Virus record (IMG/VR): IMGVR_UViG_3300048852_000106
Span: 1-50,220 of that record
Length of the DNA: 50,220 nucleotides
Origin: a virus
Taxonomy: Duplodnaviria; Caudoviricetes
Reading direction: 5' to 3' (one strand)
Shown here: positions 45,512 to 50,220 of the stretch, in pieces
Position numbering within the stretch: position 1 is the first letter of the stretch
How the letters are laid out: each line of letters starts with the position of its first letter
Program-made: the position numbers and the translations under genes
The notes under the pieces: model-generated
The model's database searches: none
The model's input: the letters and a program-made list of their open reading frames with translations, nothing else
What the model was told of the DNA's origin: nothing

Positions 45512-46258
45512 ATGCTCATCCGCGTCATCGACCTCGAGACAACCTCGTTCACGCCGGAAGATGGCGCGGTGTGCGAGATCGGCTTCTGCGATCTCGGCAC
45601 TATCACCACCGACCTCAGCGGCGCGTCGACGGACTGGCAGGTCACAGGGGGCACGGGCATCCTGGTCAATCCAGGGCGTCCCATCCCGCCGGAGACATCG
45701 GCGATCCATCACATCATCGATTCCGATGTCGCGGATGCCGACGACTGGGATCTTGCTCGAGATTACGTGCTTGGCGAGGACGCGACGGAGATCGTCGCCC
45801 TGGCCGCCCATTCAGCGAAGTTCGAGCGGCTCTGGATTCCCGAGGAGCACACCGGTCAGACGCCATGGATCTGCACATACAAGTGCGCCCTAAGGCTCTG
45901 GCCCGATGCTCCGTCTCACTCCAACCAGGCGCTGCGCTACTGGCGCAGGCCTGAAGGGCTCGACAGGTCGGTTGCGAGCGTTGCCCACCGTGCTTATCCG
46001 GACGCCTATGTGACGGCCTTCCTGCTGCGCGACATGCTCACGGAAGCCTCTGTCGAGCAGCTCGTGGAGTGGTCCAGCGTGCCGGCTCTTCAGGTTCGGT
46101 GCCACATTGGCGCCTGGCGCGGCAAGCCGTGGTCCGAGGTCAATACCGGATTTCTCAACTGGGTCGTTCAGCGGGACTTCGATGAAGACGTGCTCTTCAC
46201 GGTCCGACATCACCTGGATCTGCGTCAAAAGGCTGAAGAGGAGGAATGGGCGTCATGA
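45512..46258 (+). CDS. DEDDh 3'-5' exonuclease (exonuclease X-like)
   Basis: IDLETT, AIHHI, AHSAKFE and AHRAYPD motifs. Confidence 0.9.
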   Translation: MLIRVIDLETTSFTPEDGAVCEIGFCDLGTITTDLSGASTDWQVTGGTGILVNPGRPIPPETSAIHHIIDSDVADADDWDLARDYVLGEDATEIVALAAHSAKFERLWIPEEHTGQTPWICTYKCALRLWPDAPSHSNQALRYWRRPEGLDRSVASVAHRAYPDAYVTAFLLRDMLTEASVEQLVEWSSVPALQVRCHIGAWRGKPWSEVNTGFLNWVVQRDFDEDVLFTVRHHLDLRQKAEEEEWAS

Positions 46259-46539
46259 CCCTCCGCAATGCCTGTGGCGCCTCCATCGAGGACTGGAAGC
46301 ATCGCACGGCCTTCCTGTGCCCGCGCTGCCTCAGGTCCTGCCCGCCAAAGCTGATGGCTGCCTACGATTCTGCTTGCTTGGCTTTCGAGCGGTTCAAGAA
46401 GGAAGAGTATCGGCGCTCGCTGATCGGCATGCTTCCTCGCTCAGGTCAGCGGGAGAAGCTCCTCGGGCGCGTCTCGCGGGCCTGGTACGCGGCAAGGGCC
46501 GACATTAAGGGCCGTCGGCGTTTGGAGGCGGCTGAATGA
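46255..46539 (+). CDS. Hypothetical protein
   Basis: Coupled ORF; LCPRC. Confidence 0.55.
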   Translation: MTLRNACGASIEDWKHRTAFLCPRCLRSCPPKLMAAYDSACLAFERFKKEEYRRSLIGMLPRSGQREKLLGRVSRAWYAARADIKGRRRLEAAE

Positions 46540-46754
46540 TCAAGATCACCTTTACAGCAGAACAACTAGCTACTTGCGCCGAACGGGAAGTGAAGCAACG
46601 CCGCCGCGTCTATCCGCGCTGGGTCGAGGATCGCCGGATGACTCAGGCATTTGCGGACGAGCAATTGGCAATGATGGAGCAGATTGCTCGGGACTATAGG
46701 GCGAAGGCCGATGCTGAGGCTGCGAAGGGCGACCTTTTCGGAGGTGCGGTATGA
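46536..46754 (+). CDS. Hypothetical phage protein
   Basis: CAEREV..RRRVYPRWV...MT..A pattern. Confidence 0.7.
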   Translation: MIKITFTAEQLATCAEREVKQRRRVYPRWVEDRRMTQAFADEQLAMMEQIARDYRAKADAEAAKGDLFGGAV

Positions 46755-47718
46755 GCAGCCAGTTCGTCAATCCAAATCGGTTGCGCGCCTTGGGAGGAGC
46801 AAGGCTCGGCGGCGTCGGACGATCCTTGAACCCGTGGGGATCAAGGAATACGCCCACAAGCGATGGAATGACCAAAGCTGCGAAGGTCGCCACGGCTAGT
46901 ACGACCAGAGTCCACTCCACTGGAGGTCCACCTTTCCGAGACAGCGGCGGATACCCACGCCTCGTCGATAGAGTGCGGTGGCGTGGCTTCCAAGTGATTA
47001 ACGCGGGAACGAACGGATGAGTGGCATGATCCCCAAAGACGGTTATCGCCCCTACCCCGCGTGGTTTCTCTACTTCGCAGCCGCATGCTTTGTGCTGGCT
47101 ATAGCCGTCCTGACACACTGAGGTGCGCCCGTGGTCAAAGCTCAATCAAATGCGAAAAGGGCCGCTGCCCAGACAGCGACCCTCTCTCCGAAAGCCAAGG
47201 ACAAGATGGGGCAATGCATCGGCCTTCGGTCAGGTCGTTCTAAGCCGACATGCTTAACGAGACCTTACCGACGGGACATCCGGCCATGAGCAGGCAACAA
47301 AAAGGGCTGCCGTTTCCAGCAGCCCGAAGGTGGGGCCTCAGCCCTTCCAGAGGGAACGACGCGAGCGGGAGGTATGATCGCGTCTTCCCTGAGATGGTGA
47401 GGCCATCCCAAGCCTGTCACCTCTTCCAATACCAAGCTGGCATGCACCAAGCGCAGCCGTTCGGCCTTGAAACCGCCACGCTCACTTCCAGACAGAAGGT
47501 AGCCTGCTCATGACGGAGAGGACTAGACAGCAAAGAAAAAGGCCACCCTTGCGAGCGGCCCGAAGTTTAGGGAGGAAACGCCCAAGAAGGGCGACCGCCG
47601 CAACGCGACGGGATGCGTGCCTTCTATCTCCGACTTTGGTCGAAGGCCAGCGCTCCCGGGTCACGTGGCGTATGCGCTCAGCGCATTGCATAGCCGCCGG
47701 TGCAATCGAGGTTCGCTG

Positions 47719-48123
47719 ATGGTCGCCTATTCCTTCCAAAGGCGCTTCGCCGAGCCGATCGAGCTCGGAACCAAGTGCCAGACGATCCGGGCTCCCCGGA
47801 AGCGCCATGCCCTGCCTGGTGAGGAGCTGCAGCTCTATGTTGGCATGCGAACCAAGCACTGCCGGCTCCTGGGGCGCAGGGTGTGCAAGTCCGTCGTGCC
47901 AGTGCGCCTAGTCTTCTCGCGACATGGACCTGCCGAGCTGTTCCAGGTGGACGGCCAGTACCTCAGCCCAAAGGCGATGGAGATCTTCGCCCGTCAGGAT
48001 GGCTTCCAGAGCCTTGAGGATATGGCTCAGTTCTGGTTCGCGAGCCACGGGGAGCCGGACAGTGCAACGATCCCCTTCCGAGGCGTGCTGATCCAGTGGG
48101 AGGGTAGTCATGACCCGCGATGA
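47719..48123 (+). CDS. ASCH/PUA-like protein; start revised to ATG at 47719
   Basis: YSFQRRF...GTKCQTIR...GEELQLY...FARQDGF. Confidence 0.75.
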   Translation: MVAYSFQRRFAEPIELGTKCQTIRAPRKRHALPGEELQLYVGMRTKHCRLLGRRVCKSVVPVRLVFSRHGPAELFQVDGQYLSPKAMEIFARQDGFQSLEDMAQFWFASHGEPDSATIPFRGVLIQWEGSHDPR

Positions 48124-48550
48124 GATTACTCCTACCACTCCCCTCCTTCTGGACGTGGCAGCTAGGCTTGCCTTCCCAAGCGGGAACATGACAGCTTTGA
48201 TCCTGCGTCGGGAAGCAGCCCGCGGCCGCCTCGCCATCGAGAAGATCGGCAACCGCGTCTACACCACCCTGGCCGATATTGAGAGGATGCGAGAGCTATG
48301 CCGGTCGACCCCAAAGGCCCCAGACTCTGGTTCAAACCAGGGAACAAGCTCGCCGACGGCACCCAGGCCCAGGGCTACTGGGTCATCAAAGACGATGGGG
48401 GAGCCCGAATTAGCACTGGCGTCCGCTCTGCGCGCGGCGGAAGACCTCCGCAGGAAGCCCAAGACGCCCTCGCGGCCTACATCCTCAGCAAAAGGCAGGT
48501 TAACCGGGAACGTGGTCGCGATGCATCGGCGGTCCTCCTCTCCGACGTAG
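48110..48550 (+). CDS. xis: Excisionase-like protein
   Basis: LRREAARGRLAIEKIGNRVYTTLADIERM wHTH; precedes and overlaps int. Confidence 0.75.
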   Translation: MTRDEITPTTPLLLDVAARLAFPSGNMTALILRREAARGRLAIEKIGNRVYTTLADIERMRELCRSTPKAPDSGSNQGTSSPTAPRPRATGSSKTMGEPELALASALRAAEDLRRKPKTPSRPTSSAKGRLTGNVVAMHRRSSSPT

Positions 48551-49473
48551 TCAGCATTTATCTACAGGACCGCGCCCCGTCCCAGGCGCGGCCCGAGGAG
48601 GTTGCACAGCGCTGTACGGCGCTGTTGTCGTTTTGGGGGGATAAGACCCTAGACCAGGTCACCGGCCGGACCTGCCGCGCCTATGTGGAGCACCGCCGTG
48701 AGCATGAGATCGAAAGGCGGCAGGCGAAGCTAAGGAAAGCCGATGCCGCCCGGACGACAGGAATCGGCGCAGCCCGTCGAGAACTCGAGGATCTCAGGGC
48801 TGCTATAAACTATCACCGCAAGGAAGGCCTGTGCCGTGAAGTTGTGGAGGTCGTGCTGCCGGAAGCCGGACCGCCGCGTGATCGCTGGCTTACCCGGAAG
48901 GAGGCGGCTCGTCTGATATGGGCGGCTTGGCGCTACCGAGAGGTCCAGAAGGGATCGCCGACAGGACGCCGCTCGCGTCAGCACATTGCCCGGTTTATTC
49001 TGGTCGGGCTCTACACCGGCACCCGCGCGAGCGCCGTCTGCGGCGCCTCGCTCGTGCCTGCAGCCCACACTGGCTGGGTCGACCTGGAACGAGGCGTTTT
49101 CTATCGGAAGGCCTTGGCCGAGAGGGAGACCAAGAAGCGCAAGCCGCCTGTCAGGCTCCCGGGCCGCCTGCTGGCTCACATGAACCGCTGGCATAAGAAC
49201 GGACAGATGTATGCCGTCGAGTGGCTAGGCGAACCTGTCGGGACCGGAGTGGAGAAGGCATTCAAGCGCGCCTGCGAGGACATCGGGCTCCAGGATGTCA
49301 CCCCCCACACGCTCCGGCACACGGCGGCCACGTGGCTTATGCAGCGGGGGACCGACCTCTGGGAGGCCGCCGGCTATCTCGGGATGACCACCGAGACCCT
49401 TGAGAAGGTCTATGGTCACCATCACCCGGACTACCAGTCACAGGCTGCCGAGAATATTACAAGAAAAGCGTAA
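48298..49473 (+). CDS. int: Tyrosine integrase
   Basis: YTGTR, HTLRH and VYGH catalytic motifs. Confidence 0.95.
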   Translation: MPVDPKGPRLWFKPGNKLADGTQAQGYWVIKDDGGARISTGVRSARGGRPPQEAQDALAAYILSKRQVNRERGRDASAVLLSDVVSIYLQDRAPSQARPEEVAQRCTALLSFWGDKTLDQVTGRTCRAYVEHRREHEIERRQAKLRKADAARTTGIGAARRELEDLRAAINYHRKEGLCREVVEVVLPEAGPPRDRWLTRKEAARLIWAAWRYREVQKGSPTGRRSRQHIARFILVGLYTGTRASAVCGASLVPAAHTGWVDLERGVFYRKALAERETKKRKPPVRLPGRLLAHMNRWHKNGQMYAVEWLGEPVGTGVEKAFKRACEDIGLQDVTPHTLRHTAATWLMQRGTDLWEAAGYLGMTTETLEKVYGHHHPDYQSQAAENITRKA

Positions 49474-49554
49474 CGACCCCGCTGGCTTGTCTCACATGCT
49501 GCAGACCTCGATATATGATCGTCACAAAGACGATACCGTCGAGAGGGAAAGCTC

Positions 49555-50220
49555 ATGAGGATGCAAGTTTATGCGATTGGTCTCGCGCTATTTTCGACGG
49601 CTGCCCTCGCTCAGGAAGGTTCGAACCCATCTCGCAGTGATGCCGAGCGTGACAAGGCGTTCAACGAGATAGGCAAAAGCCTTGAGCAGATGGAGCGGAC
49701 GATTGCTCCTCCTATGAAGGGCCCGATCCAATACGGAGGTAACTCGCAGCCTTCGAATACGAGTTCGCCCTCAGGTCTCGACCTTACAGGGCCAAATGCA
49801 GCTATATATCAGCTTGGTCAGATTGGCAGCGAAGTGACTGCAGCCGTCCCGATTGGTGGGCGTGCCTCTCCGAATGCCTCCGCGCCCGTCGTCAGCATTC
49901 TGCCAACCGGTACTCCCGCCCGTGTCCAAGGCGTAGAAAACGGCTTTATAAAGCTCGTCCCGATCGCGGGCGCGACCAGCGGACAAACGGTTTATGTGCC
50001 GCAGGAGGCAATTCAGGCCGGTTATTTCACAACCTACGTGGGCGACAAAGTTTCTCAGCTTATGAACCAGGTGAGAAACTTGGCGAAGACACTAGAGGAT
50101 AATCCCTACGTGCGGCTAAAGGGATTCAAAATCGGAGTGTCCGTAAGCCCGAGCCTTGACGTCGAGTTCGAGATGAAAGGTAACGAGAGCCCGGTGCCGA
50201 GAGCATCAAATACTCCCTGA
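49555..50220 (+). CDS. Secreted protein with SH3b-like domain (moron or host gene)
   Basis: Signal peptide; RASPNASAPVVSILPTGTPARVQGVENGFIKL...YV. Confidence 0.65.
   Translation: MRMQVYAIGLALFSTAALAQEGSNPSRSDAERDKAFNEIGKSLEQMERTIAPPMKGPIQYGGNSQPSNTSSPSGLDLTGPNAAIYQLGQIGSEVTAAVPIGGRASPNASAPVVSILPTGTPARVQGVENGFIKLVPIAGATSGQTVYVPQEAIQAGYFTTYVGDKVSQLMNQVRNLAKTLEDNPYVRLKGFKIGVSVSPSLDVEFEMKGNESPVPRASNTP

Larger units (their letters stand above)
432..49473. mobile_element. Temperate prophage with lambda-like head/packaging and Mu-like contractile tail; exact att boundaries not identified
   Basis: Contiguous lysis, tail, head, terminase, replication, immunity, recombination, xis and int modules; cos-like site is internal and int is at the edge, as expected for an integrated map. 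Confidence 0.95.

Noticed and set aside
49474-49554. attR or tRNA target after the integrase
   Set aside because: No tRNA-like sequence and no repeat shared with the left end of the window; att sites probably lie outside it
1-50220. CRISPR arrays, tRNA/rRNA, IS elements, reverse transcriptase (retron/DGR), tail-fibre invertase
   Set aside because: No spaced repeat arrays, cloverleaves, transposase, RT or serine-invertase motifs were seen

Overview
The window is essentially one complete-looking temperate prophage of about 49 kb in integrated gene order: lysis genes at the left end, integrase at the right end and the packaging site in the middle. The host is probably an alphaproteobacterium (Hyphomicrobiales-like); this is inferred from a GTTC-N7-GTTC LexA box and from GapR-like and DUF3572-like genes. 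The minus strand carries cro/CII-like regulators, a primase-helicase replication module, a late regulator, lambda-type terminase, portal, protease and capsid genes, a Mu-type contractile tail with a PAAR tip, a short tail fibre and a GH108 lysis cassette. The plus strand carries a CI repressor, YqaJ/RecT/exonuclease recombination genes, an excisionase and a tyrosine integrase. Accessory genes include a DUF262-HNH (GmrSD-like) nuclease, a HEPN/MtlR-like protein, a GT-C-like membrane protein paired with a SAM methyltransferase, an HNH-AP2 endonuclease and a LexA-boxed Zn-ribbon/DUF3572 operon. Signals read directly from the DNA are a lambda-like cosQ-cosN with the same 23-nt spacing as lambda, a -1 frameshift in the tail chaperone, OR/OL operators with a probably leaderless cI, and a duplicated endolysin start. 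The most striking signal is a cluster of three or four heavily base-paired, apparently non-coding RNA elements (about 26840-28950) around the HNH gene just upstream of the packaging module. All protein family calls come from motif recognition by eye and all RNA structures from hand pairing; no searches or folding programs were run. att sites were not found.
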